A model generated the notes under the pieces. That model saw only the letters and a program-made list of their open reading frames with translations, had not been told where the DNA came from and made no database searches. A program made the translations under genes and the position numbers. DNA of 32,646 bases from Candidatus Colwellbacteria bacterium (GTDB taxonomy: Bacteria > Patescibacteriota > Minisyncoccia > UBA6257 > Colwellbacteraceae): assembly GCA_027310265.1 (NCBI GenBank), contig DAIDBC010000039.1:1-32646 (forward strand). The letters run 5' to 3'. Below, piece by piece: positions 1 through 6,630 of the stretch; the first letter of the stretch is position 1, and each line of letters begins with the position of its first letter.

Positions 1-179
1 GGAAGCCGGAACTGATCCGCCAGCAGGCGGTGAATTCCGGAGGGTTCCCCGAAGTGAGCTAGGATAATCTGTCTATTCCAGAGACTCGCTGGTGAGGAGA
101 GGTTTCTGCCGGAACCAAGCTCAAAAGAGCTCCGTAGTTTCCGTCAGGCTATACGGAATCTCGACTCCTAGTCACTGGT
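1..179. other. Unassigned hairpin-rich, GC-elevated non-coding segment cut by the window edge (possibly a truncated structured RNA, or the 3' end of a + strand CDS plus spacer)
   Basis: No ORF of 60 aa or more. A nested hairpin CCGGAA(6-11)/TTCCGG(35-40) encloses CCGCC(17-21)-AGCA-GGCGG(26-30). Further stems lie at 118-122/127-131 and 132-136/152-156. The first 60 nt are about 63% G+C by my count. Plus-strand frames 2 and 3 stay open from the edge to stops at 65-67 and 60-62. Confidence 0.3.
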
Positions 180-830
180 CTACCCACCGAAGAAGCGGAT
201 GAAGACCTCTACCGCGTTTGTGCCGGCGAAGAGTTGAAAAAGCGCCGCGGATACAAACGAGATGATACCGGAGAAAAAGTAAAGAAAGAATATCAAAAGC
301 ACTAAGCCGATCATCCCCGATTGTTCGACTAGATAGGTGTAACGCGGGGAAACGATGCTAAGTAGTTTGGACCCATCGAGCGGCGGGATCGGCAAGAGGT
401 TGAACACTGCCAAATTTAGATTCAGAAACACAATGTAGCCTAGAAGCGCCGTAGCCGAAACTGGGAGGTAAGGACCACTAAATCTTAAAGCAAGACCGAA
501 AATAATAGCGACTAGAATGTTTGTTGCCGGTCCGGCCAGGGCGACTTTGAGCGGACCGTAACGGTAATCCTTATAAAGATTGTTTGGGTTATAAGGCACC
601 GGTTTGGCCCAGCCCAGCATCACCGGGGAATGGATGAAGTAAAGCAATATAGGCAGGATAACCGAACCAACCGGATCGAGGTGTTTTAGAGGATTCAAGG
701 TAAGTCGCTTCGCCTCTTTGGCCGTGGAGTCACCCAACCTCAGGGCCGCAAAGCCGTGTGCCACCTCGTGGAGTATGACCGAGAAAACAAGTGCAACAAG
801 TTGAAATGCGACAATAAGTGTGGTATTCAT
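180..830 (-). CDS. Site-2 protease family (peptidase M50) integral-membrane zinc metalloprotease
   Basis: The ORF track gives 180..839. It has HEVAHG (HExxH) in the first hydrophobic segment, the second M50 motif NLLPIPPLDGSKLL, and several TM helices. The track start at 839 is TTG. I prefer the in-frame ATG at 830 (MNTTLIV...). Confidence 0.85.
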   Translation of the reverse strand: MNTTLIVAFQLVALVFSVILHEVAHGFAALRLGDSTAKEAKRLTLNPLKHLDPVGSVILPILLYFIHSPVMLGWAKPVPYNPNNLYKDYRYGPLKVALAGPATNILVAIIFGLALRFSGPYLPVSATALLGYIVFLNLNLAVFNLLPIPPLDGSKLLSIVSPRYTYLVEQSGMIGLVLLIFFLYFFSGIISFVSAALFQLFAGTNAVEVFIRFFGG

Positions 831-841
831 AAGCGGCAATA

Positions 842-1042
842 ATGAAGCAATGTGAAATCTGCGGCAAGGGTTCGATCATGCGTGGGCACCGTATCAAGCT
901 CCGTGCCACTAAGTATAACCCGCAACCCAAATCGCGGAAATATCCCAATATCCAGCGCACCGTAAACGAGAGTGGTCGGCGTGTTTATGCCTGTGCGCAG
1001 TGCATCAAGGGACTAGCTAAGACCGCCAAGGCAACAAGTTAA
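842..1042 (+). CDS. rpmB: 50S ribosomal protein L28
   Basis: The 66-aa basic protein MKQCEICGKGS..G.R........PN.QR......G.RVYACAQCIK matches the L28 pattern (M..C.ITGK...G...S......R...PN.Q). ATG at 842. Confidence 0.8.
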   Translation: MKQCEICGKGSIMRGHRIKLRATKYNPQPKSRKYPNIQRTVNESGRRVYACAQCIKGLAKTAKATS

Positions 1043-1067
1043 CCGGGGGCTGCAAAGCTCCTCATTA

Positions 1068-1138
1068 CGGGCTGTAGTATACCGGTAGTACGCATGCATG
1101 GGGTGCATGTAGACCGGGTTCGATTCCCGGCAGCCCGA
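1068..1138 (+). tRNA. tRNA-Pro (anticodon GGG)
   Basis: Manual cloverleaf: acceptor CGGGCTG/CAGCCCG, D stem GTAT/GTAC, anticodon stem CATGC/GCATG with loop ATGGGGT (G37 after GGG), T arm CCGGG-TTCGATT-CCCGG, discriminator A. CCA is not encoded. Confidence 0.85.
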
Positions 1139-1140
1139 CA

Positions 1141-1710
1141 TTATATCCCCAAAGTCGGCGGCATAATGTCCGCCTTTATTTTTTGCCACCAGGGATAATT
1201 GAGTTTATCTATCCGCTGCAATTCGCCCTCATAAATCGGCCTGAAAAAATCGTTACCGACTTTCATCTCTTCGTAGCATTTCGAAACTAGCGAAAACCGG
1301 TCGGCTAACTTAACTACCTGTGCTTCTTTGGTTCGCTGGACCGATTCTTCTTTCCAGATATTTATGTATTCCTCCCGCAAACCCTGCGGTAGATGTTCAA
1401 ACATAAAACCGATGGTTTGTTCGTTCACGCTAGCAATAGCAGACAGAATCTGATCATTAAAATGTTTGAAAGGATTTACAATATCACCGCTGAAGCCTTC
1501 TTCCGCATCGTGGACTATCGCCATTTTCATCACCTTGGCTTCGTCGACTTCTTCGCCAGCATTTCTCAAGAAATATAGAATTACGCTCGCGAAGTACGCG
1601 GTGTAAAAAGAATGTTCGGCGACCGATTCCGGGAAATGCTGCGGCTTGCCGTTGAAACGCGTGACGTGGGCGAGCGAACGATCCAGAAAATGTTCAAAGG
1701 CGTCGTTCAT
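1141..1710 (-). CDS. HD-domain phosphohydrolase (YfbR-like 5'-deoxynucleotidase family)
   Basis: 189 aa. It carries H..(ESVAEHSF) and the HD dyad in IVHDAEEGFSGD, typical of the HD_3/YfbR family. ATG at 1710. Confidence 0.8.
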   Translation of the reverse strand: MNDAFEHFLDRSLAHVTRFNGKPQHFPESVAEHSFYTAYFASVILYFLRNAGEEVDEAKVMKMAIVHDAEEGFSGDIVNPFKHFNDQILSAIASVNEQTIGFMFEHLPQGLREEYINIWKEESVQRTKEAQVVKLADRFSLVSKCYEEMKVGNDFFRPIYEGELQRIDKLNYPWWQKIKADIMPPTLGI

Positions 1711-1743
1711 GATAAATCTTTCACGATAGAGGCGAAACTCGAA

Positions 1744-1869
1744 GGTCCCGCCTCCGTGAGATTATCCCGGCTTGTGCCAGGTGGGATGGCTCAACCGTCC
1801 GCCAAGGCGGATGATACTGTCGCCTTCCCTTAAAGGTCTGTTTGATCCGGAAACATCGGAAGCGGGACC
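1744..1869 (-). ncRNA. Candidate structured RNA or 5' leader (unclassified) between ndk and the HD hydrolase
   Basis: An 8-bp closing stem GGTCCCGC(1744-1751)/GCGGGACC(1862-1869) is extended by a 4-5 bp stem and a CCGG/CCGG stem. Internal hairpins include TCCGC-CTTG-GCGGA (minus sense). The 5' end coincides with the TSS predicted from the extended -10 at 1876-1884. An alternative hairpin GAGGCG(1749-1754)/CGCCTC(1729-1734) competes with the closing stem. No convincing ORF. Confidence 0.4.
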
Positions 1870-1875
1870 TGACTA

Positions 1876-1902
1876 ATTATACCACCACTTTCAGCTCTGC
1901 AA
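1876..1902 (-). promoter_or_regulatory. Extended -10 promoter (TGGTATAAT) with a weak -35 TTGCAG at 15-nt spacing
   Basis: The minus strand reads TTGCAG(1902-1897)-15 nt-TGG TATAAT(1884-1876). Position +7 after the -10 is the first G of the 126-nt stem structure (1869). Confidence 0.5.
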
Positions 1903-1923
1903 GACGCCGGAAAATCCCTATAT

Positions 1924-2526
1924 TTACTCCAAAATTCCGTCCAAATTCACATCATAGAGAATTGCCTCACCAACCAGCCGGTAATCCAATATTTCCTGCG
2001 GCGTAAACCAAACCGGGATCTCTTTTTCGGCTTCCTCCGCCGAACCGGAAGCATGGATCAAGTTACGCACCGCCCGGCCATCGGTATCAGCCATCTCGTA
2101 AGAGTCGATGGTTAAGTCACCACGTATCGTTCCAACATCCGAAGTCAGTGGCTCTGTCCCCCCGGTAACTTTGCGCACTACACCAACCGCATTCATCCCC
2201 TGCCAGATCATCGCAACCACCGGACCGGAGGTGATGTACTTCAATAAATTAGCCAAAATTACGTCGGTAACTTTGATCGGATCTTCCGAGGGTGGAATTT
2301 TACCTTTCTTTTTATACGACTCGATGGTCTTCGTGCCGGTTTTCATCGGCCACTCTGGATCGACGGTGTAGTGTTTCCTCACCAGCTCCGCGGTGGGGAT
2401 CACCAATTTCATCGCGACCAGTTTCAGTCCGCTCGATTCGTAACGCTTAATAATTTCACCCACGAGACTGCGTTGGATCCCATCGGGTTTGATAATGACC
2501 AACGTTTTCTCTTTTTTAGGATCCAT
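1924..2526 (-). CDS. ndk: Nucleoside diphosphate kinase (with an internal insertion of about 40 aa)
   Basis: TLVIIKPDG..R.LVGEII.R, YITSGPVVAMIWQG and NLIHASGSAEEAEKEI (catalytic His) match NDK. At 200 aa it is longer than the usual 140-150 aa. Confidence 0.9.
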   Translation of the reverse strand: MDPKKEKTLVIIKPDGIQRSLVGEIIKRYESSGLKLVAMKLVIPTAELVRKHYTVDPEWPMKTGTKTIESYKKKGKIPPSEDPIKVTDVILANLLKYITSGPVVAMIWQGMNAVGVVRKVTGGTEPLTSDVGTIRGDLTIDSYEMADTDGRAVRNLIHASGSAEEAEKEIPVWFTPQEILDYRLVGEAILYDVNLDGILE

Positions 2527-2527
2527 C

Positions 2528-3946
2528 TTACTTTTGTTTTTCTTCTCTTAACTTGATATGCAGTTCTTTCAACTGCGCTTCCGTCACCGGCGAGGGTGCG
2601 TGCATCAGAAGGTCGCGGCCGTCTCCGGTCTTCGGGAACGCGATCACTTCACGGATGTTCGGTTCGTTTTCCAGAAGCATAACGAAACGGTCAATTCCGG
2701 GGGCAATCCCACCGTGCGGCGGCACACCGTATTCAAACGCAGTAAGCATATGCCCGAATTTTTCTTTGATATCTTCGGGTTTGTTGCCCATCGCCTCGAA
2801 AACCGCGGAGAGAAGTTCCGGGTCGTGGATCCGGATTGACCCGCCACCTATCTCATAGCCATTCAGTACGAAATCGTACTGTTTCGCGAGCATCGAAGCG
2901 GGGTCTTTTTTGAACGCTTTCCAAAACTCCTCCGTATCTTTCACCTGCGGCTGGGTAAAGGGATGGTGCACTGCATCCCAGCGCTTTTCGGTTTCTTTCC
3001 ACTCGAATGCTGGAAAGTCGACCACAAAAAGGAAGGCTAGTTCATCCGGATCGTTTTTGTTATCGCGCACGTCTGGCTTATCGCTCCCATACTTCACCAT
3101 TGCTTCTTTGTACGGCATGCGCGGGATGCGACCATTCTTGTCCAACCTAATCTTCTTTTCAGGATAGAGTTCTTTCACCAATTTCAGATAGAGGTCCTCG
3201 ATCAAATCCATTACGTCGTTCTGGTCAACAAAGCTCATCTCGATATCAAGTTGAGTAAACTCCGGCTGACGGTCGCCGCGCGTGTCCTCGTCGCGGAAAC
3301 AACGGGCAATCTGGAAGTAGCGTTCCAGGCCGGCAACCATTAAAAGCTGTTTATACTGCTGGGGCGATTGCGGCAAGGCGTAAAAAGTTCCGGCGTGTAA
3401 TCGCGAAGGAACAAGATAATCCCGCGCACCCTCCGGCGTAGACTTGCCTAAAACTGGCGTTTCGACCTCAACAAATCCCCCCTCGGTCAGATAATCGCGC
3501 ATAAACTTGATGACTTTGTACCGGTTGCGCAAATTTTTCTGCATCCGCGGGCGGCGCAAGTCCAGATAACGCGAAGTCATCCGTAAATCCTCACTCACTT
3601 CGCGACCGTCGGTGTCGATCGCAAACGGCGGCGTTTTTGCTTTGGTAATAACCTCAAGATGATCCACTGGGATTTCCAACTTTCCCGTTGGCAGTTCGTC
3701 GTTTTCCATGCCCCCGGGTCTTGCCGAAACCTTACCCCGCACACGGATAACCCATTCGGAACGAAGAGTATTGGCCAAATCGTATACTTCCTGTTTTTTG
3801 GGAGTGAAAACTAGCTGAACCACGCCGCCGCGATCGCGCAAGTCGATGAAAATTATCTTGCCGTGGTCTCTCCGTCCGGCCACCCAGCCGGCAAGTTCCA
3901 CCTCCTCGTTCTCTTTGCCGAGGATATTCTTTGACAAAATACGCAT
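2528..3946 (-). CDS. aspS: Aspartate--tRNA ligase, bacterial-type core lacking the GAD insertion domain
   Basis: FYALPQSPQQYKQLLMVAGLERYFQIARCFRDEDTRGDRQPEFTQLDIEMSF (motif 2 region), GSDKPD and GGGSIRIH / PPHGGIA.G.DR (motif 3) are present. 472 aa. Confidence 0.93.
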   Translation of the reverse strand: MRILSKNILGKENEEVELAGWVAGRRDHGKIIFIDLRDRGGVVQLVFTPKKQEVYDLANTLRSEWVIRVRGKVSARPGGMENDELPTGKLEIPVDHLEVITKAKTPPFAIDTDGREVSEDLRMTSRYLDLRRPRMQKNLRNRYKVIKFMRDYLTEGGFVEVETPVLGKSTPEGARDYLVPSRLHAGTFYALPQSPQQYKQLLMVAGLERYFQIARCFRDEDTRGDRQPEFTQLDIEMSFVDQNDVMDLIEDLYLKLVKELYPEKKIRLDKNGRIPRMPYKEAMVKYGSDKPDVRDNKNDPDELAFLFVVDFPAFEWKETEKRWDAVHHPFTQPQVKDTEEFWKAFKKDPASMLAKQYDFVLNGYEIGGGSIRIHDPELLSAVFEAMGNKPEDIKEKFGHMLTAFEYGVPPHGGIAPGIDRFVMLLENEPNIREVIAFPKTGDGRDLLMHAPSPVTEAQLKELHIKLREEKQK

Positions 3947-3953
3947 TGATTTA

Positions 3954-3981
3954 AATATACCGTGTTTAAGTTTTTGCGCAA
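3954..3981 (-). promoter_or_regulatory. Candidate promoter TTGCGC-16-TATATT placing the TSS at or 1 nt before the aspS ATG
   Basis: The minus strand reads TTGCGC(3981-3976), a 16-nt spacer, then TATATT(3959-3954), followed by TAAATCA and ATG(3946). Confidence 0.35.
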
Positions 3982-3985
3982 ATCT

Positions 3986-4831
3986 TTAATGTCCGTCCGA
4001 CGTTGAAACAGCGAACAAACCGTCCGACGCTCTAATGTGCACCGTGCCGTTTTGGTCGGTGCGGTACACGCTCGCGCCTATTGCCGCTAACCTTTGCACG
4101 GCCGCCGGCGCGGGATGGCCATAGGTATTTTTGCCGACCTCAATGACTGCAACTCGCGGCAGGACACTTTCCAAAAACGGAGTGATCGACGAAGTCTTAG
4201 AACCGTGGTGCGAGACTTTTAAGATATCCGCATTTATCCCACCTCCAGCAACAAGGGACTGTTCCAAAGAGGCAGTAGCATCGCCGGTAAATAGCGCCTT
4301 AACCCCGCCGGAGGATAAACGCACGATCATTGAATCGTCATTTGGATTTGCGGACAACGCCGCATCCGACGGCGCAAGCACCTCCAGCCTGCTTTCTTTA
4401 TAGCGCACCGCATCTCCTTTTTTGAGAACGACCGCGCGGGTGCCGCGGTTATTTAACAGTCCGACCAGATCTTTCCAGGCGCTATCCAGAGATGACTCCC
4501 CGTTCCACACAAACAGGCCGATCTTGTAGCGCTCGAGAATCGGGATCAAGCCGCCGAAGTGATCCAGTTGAGGGTGCGAAAGCAAAACTACGTCCAAATA
4601 GCGGTCGGTGGGCGAAATAGTGTTTCCTAGCGGCGCAAGGGTAGCGCTGCTTGGTCCACCGTCGATCAAAACCTTAACCCCGCCAGGCAGGACGGCAAGT
4701 TCACTGTCCCCTTCCCCACTCTTCAAAAAGTATAGATTTAACGCCGAGTCCGGCGCACCGGCAACTACCCAATACCAGACAAAAAGATTAAGCGAGACGA
4801 GCGCCGAAAAGATTGATAATGAATATTTCAT
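3986..4831 (-). CDS. Metallo-beta-lactamase-fold protein corresponding to the C-terminal domain of ComEC/Rec2, with its own N-terminal TM helix
   Basis: The track ORF 3986..5149 is trimmed to the ATG at 4831 (MKYSLSIFSALVSLNLFVWYWVV). It contains YFLKSGEGDSELAVLPGGVKVLIDGG, LLSHPQLDHFGG (HxxxDH) and LKVSHHGS, typical of the ComEC Lactamase_B domain. The upstream 106 codons overlap comEC in another frame and are Arg/Ser/Cys-rich. Confidence 0.75.
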   Translation of the reverse strand: MKYSLSIFSALVSLNLFVWYWVVAGAPDSALNLYFLKSGEGDSELAVLPGGVKVLIDGGPSSATLAPLGNTISPTDRYLDVVLLSHPQLDHFGGLIPILERYKIGLFVWNGESSLDSAWKDLVGLLNNRGTRAVVLKKGDAVRYKESRLEVLAPSDAALSANPNDDSMIVRLSSGGVKALFTGDATASLEQSLVAGGGINADILKVSHHGSKTSSITPFLESVLPRVAVIEVGKNTYGHPAPAAVQRLAAIGASVYRTDQNGTVHIRASDGLFAVSTSDGH

Positions 4832-6119
4832 AGCCCAAAAGGATGTTAGCAATCCAACCGACCGCGAGCGACAAACTGTTTGAGATATAACCCAAAACAG
4901 CCGCCACGAAACCGAAGAACATTGTCGCCGGGATGAACTCCAGAACAAGCATATTGGATAGCGGCGCAAGTGGAGCAAAAGATCCGAACATAGCAAATGA
5001 TACTGGCAGCGTGCCGATCTGGGCGGCGGTCGTCTCGGCCAAGTTCTTGCGCCACCCCAAGGTACCCTCATTGATATCAGAACGCAGCCATTTACGAAAC
5101 AGCGGCCCCAAAATAACGATGCCCAATAACGCAGCGAATGAAAGTTCAAAACTGGCGTTAAACATTAAAAGCGCCGGGTTAAACAAAAGCATCGCGGCGG
5201 CGGTCAGGGTAATCGCATTCCTGAAACTATAGAGACGGCTCGCTCGCTCTGCGACCAATAAAACTGTTCCCATGATTGCGGCACGGACAACCGAAGCTTC
5301 CGCGCCGGTCATCAGAACAAAAATAACAATGAACACAATTGTTATCCAAAAGGCACGCCGCCTTCCCCACAGAAAAGAACATATTCCGGTAAGTACAAAA
5401 CCAATCACCGAGATATTATAACCGGATAGGGCAACGATGTGGGTCGTACCACTCCTTTTTAGCGCATTGGTGAATTCTGGGGTGAATTCCGCGCGTTCCC
5501 CGAAGATTATCCCCTTTGCAAGCGCGCTTTTATCGGCCGGCAAAATTTTATCGATATTCGCGGTCAAACTATCTTTGACTTCGAAAAGAAACGACCGAAA
5601 AGCGTTGCCGTGTCCGCTTTCCACGAACTTAGCCTCCGGGAGATACATCCGATTGGATAGACCGGCGTAAGCATTCTTTTCAACACTGCCCGTAAGTTTA
5701 AGCAGATCGCCGTACTTAAACCGCGGATACGACGGCAAATAAACCTCCACCGATCCGCTGTATGGCCTCGTCAACGAGACCGTGAGTATCTGGCCGCTCA
5801 CGCGTTCCTGTGGTTCGCCGCTAACTATACCTTCCAGAGTCACTTTTTCGCCTATCGGGACAAGCGGTTCGTGCGCCACGGCATAAAAGCTGTAGTAAAA
5901 AGCGCCGAAGGGGAGTAGCAAGGCAAGCAAAACAAAAATTTTGTTTTTGCGCACAAGATACAAGGTTACGGCAACGAGCGCCGCAGCAAGTAAGACAATA
6001 TAGCCGTTCAACCCAAGGCTTGCCGCCGCAATACCCAACATAAAAAACACCGCCGCGTAGAACGCGGCATCATAGAGATGCAACTTAGAACTCGATGCCA
6101 AGTTCTGCGATTCTGCCAT
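4788..6119 (-). CDS. comEC: ComEC/Rec2 competence channel protein, membrane part (DUF4131 + Competence domains), lacking the MBL domain
   Basis: The 443-aa polytopic membrane protein has an N-terminal OB-like region between TM helices and the Competence-domain signature region GTTHIVALSGYNISV...TGAEASVVRAAIMG. Confidence 0.85.
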   Translation of the reverse strand: MAESQNLASSSKLHLYDAAFYAAVFFMLGIAAASLGLNGYIVLLAAALVAVTLYLVRKNKIFVLLALLLPFGAFYYSFYAVAHEPLVPIGEKVTLEGIVSGEPQERVSGQILTVSLTRPYSGSVEVYLPSYPRFKYGDLLKLTGSVEKNAYAGLSNRMYLPEAKFVESGHGNAFRSFLFEVKDSLTANIDKILPADKSALAKGIIFGERAEFTPEFTNALKRSGTTHIVALSGYNISVIGFVLTGICSFLWGRRRAFWITIVFIVIFVLMTGAEASVVRAAIMGTVLLVAERASRLYSFRNAITLTAAAMLLFNPALLMFNASFELSFAALLGIVILGPLFRKWLRSDINEGTLGWRKNLAETTAAQIGTLPVSFAMFGSFAPLAPLSNMLVLEFIPATMFFGFVAAVLGYISNSLSLAVGWIANILLGYEIFIINLFGARLA

Positions 6120-6615
6120 CGTTAAAAGGGTGCTTTACCTCGCGCATTTCAGTCACAAGATCGGCTGCCGAGATAAACTCCGGGGGCGCCCCCCGGCCGG
6201 TAAACAGAACCAATTTACTAAACTGGACGTCACGCAGCATCTCTAACGTCTCTTTTGTGTCCAAAAGCCCCAGTGACACTGCAACATTGATTTCGTCGCA
6301 GATCACAACATCCCACCTAGGTAATTCGGACTTTACGTAAGCGAGCGCGTTTTTAGCGGCTTTGATGTGTTCCTCCCGCGGCAGTTTGTCGCCCAAGATT
6401 CCCACAAAACCAAGCCCCATCTTTTTCAGGGTAAATTTACCTTCACTACCTTTATCGTCTTTCTTATTAATATCCACAAAATCCTCGCCGGATTTCCACG
6501 GACCTTTAATGAACTGCACCATAAGCACGCGTTTGCCCCGGCCCACGGCGCGCACAGCCTGGCCCAAAGCGGCCGTGGTCTTACCCTTGCCGTTCCCGGT
6601 AAAGACAATAAGCAT
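6085..6615 (-). CDS. ATP:cob(I)alamin (corrinoid) adenosyltransferase, CobA/CobO/BtuR family
   Basis: The P-loop GNGKGKTTAALGQAVRAVGRGKRVLMVQFIKG, DVVICDE, LFTGRG and VTEMREVKHPF are collinear with BtuR/CobA. 176 aa. It overlaps the comEC start by 35 nt. Confidence 0.8.
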   Translation of the reverse strand: MLIVFTGNGKGKTTAALGQAVRAVGRGKRVLMVQFIKGPWKSGEDFVDINKKDDKGSEGKFTLKKMGLGFVGILGDKLPREEHIKAAKNALAYVKSELPRWDVVICDEINVAVSLGLLDTKETLEMLRDVQFSKLVLFTGRGAPPEFISAADLVTEMREVKHPFNDGRIAELGIEF

Positions 6616-6630
6616 TACGGATAAATAATA

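Noticed and set aside
1-130. Cobalamin riboswitch-like core (GGAAGCCGG...ACTGATCCGCCAGC; AGGAGAGGTTTCTGCCGG as a degenerate B12 box) and RNase P-like fragments on the + strand
   Set aside because: The matches are partial. The most conserved elements are not intact: the B12 box for the riboswitch, and GGAAAGUCC and ACAGAACCCGGCUUA for RNase P. No + strand gene follows that a riboswitch could control, because 180-839 is a minus-strand M50 protease gene.
1777-1814. SRP (4.5S) RNA: on the + strand, CCAGGT...18 nt...GCCAAGGCGGATGA mimics the E. coli 4.5S flanks ACCAGGU...18 nt...GCCAAGGCAGAUGA with the same spacing
   Set aside because: The segment in between (GGGATGG-CTCAA-CCGTCC) is a fully paired hairpin with a pentaloop. 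It lacks the near-invariant GGAA tetraloop and the GGAAGCAGC symmetric-loop motif that binds Ffh. The only good promoter is on the opposite strand. SRP is not fully excluded, and a covariance-model scan would settle it.
1612-1833. 73-aa + strand ORF spanning the HD-gene start and the structured spacer; also 28601..28927 over the rplJ leader
   Set aside because: Both run antisense across a start codon and promoter or through a leader with clear RNA structure. I recognised no protein motif in either.
3986-5149. Full-length 387-aa track ORF
   Set aside because: The first 106 codons overlap the ComEC ORF in another frame and are Arg/Ser/Cys/Trp-rich with no homology signal. The MBL-domain homology begins after the ATG at 4831.
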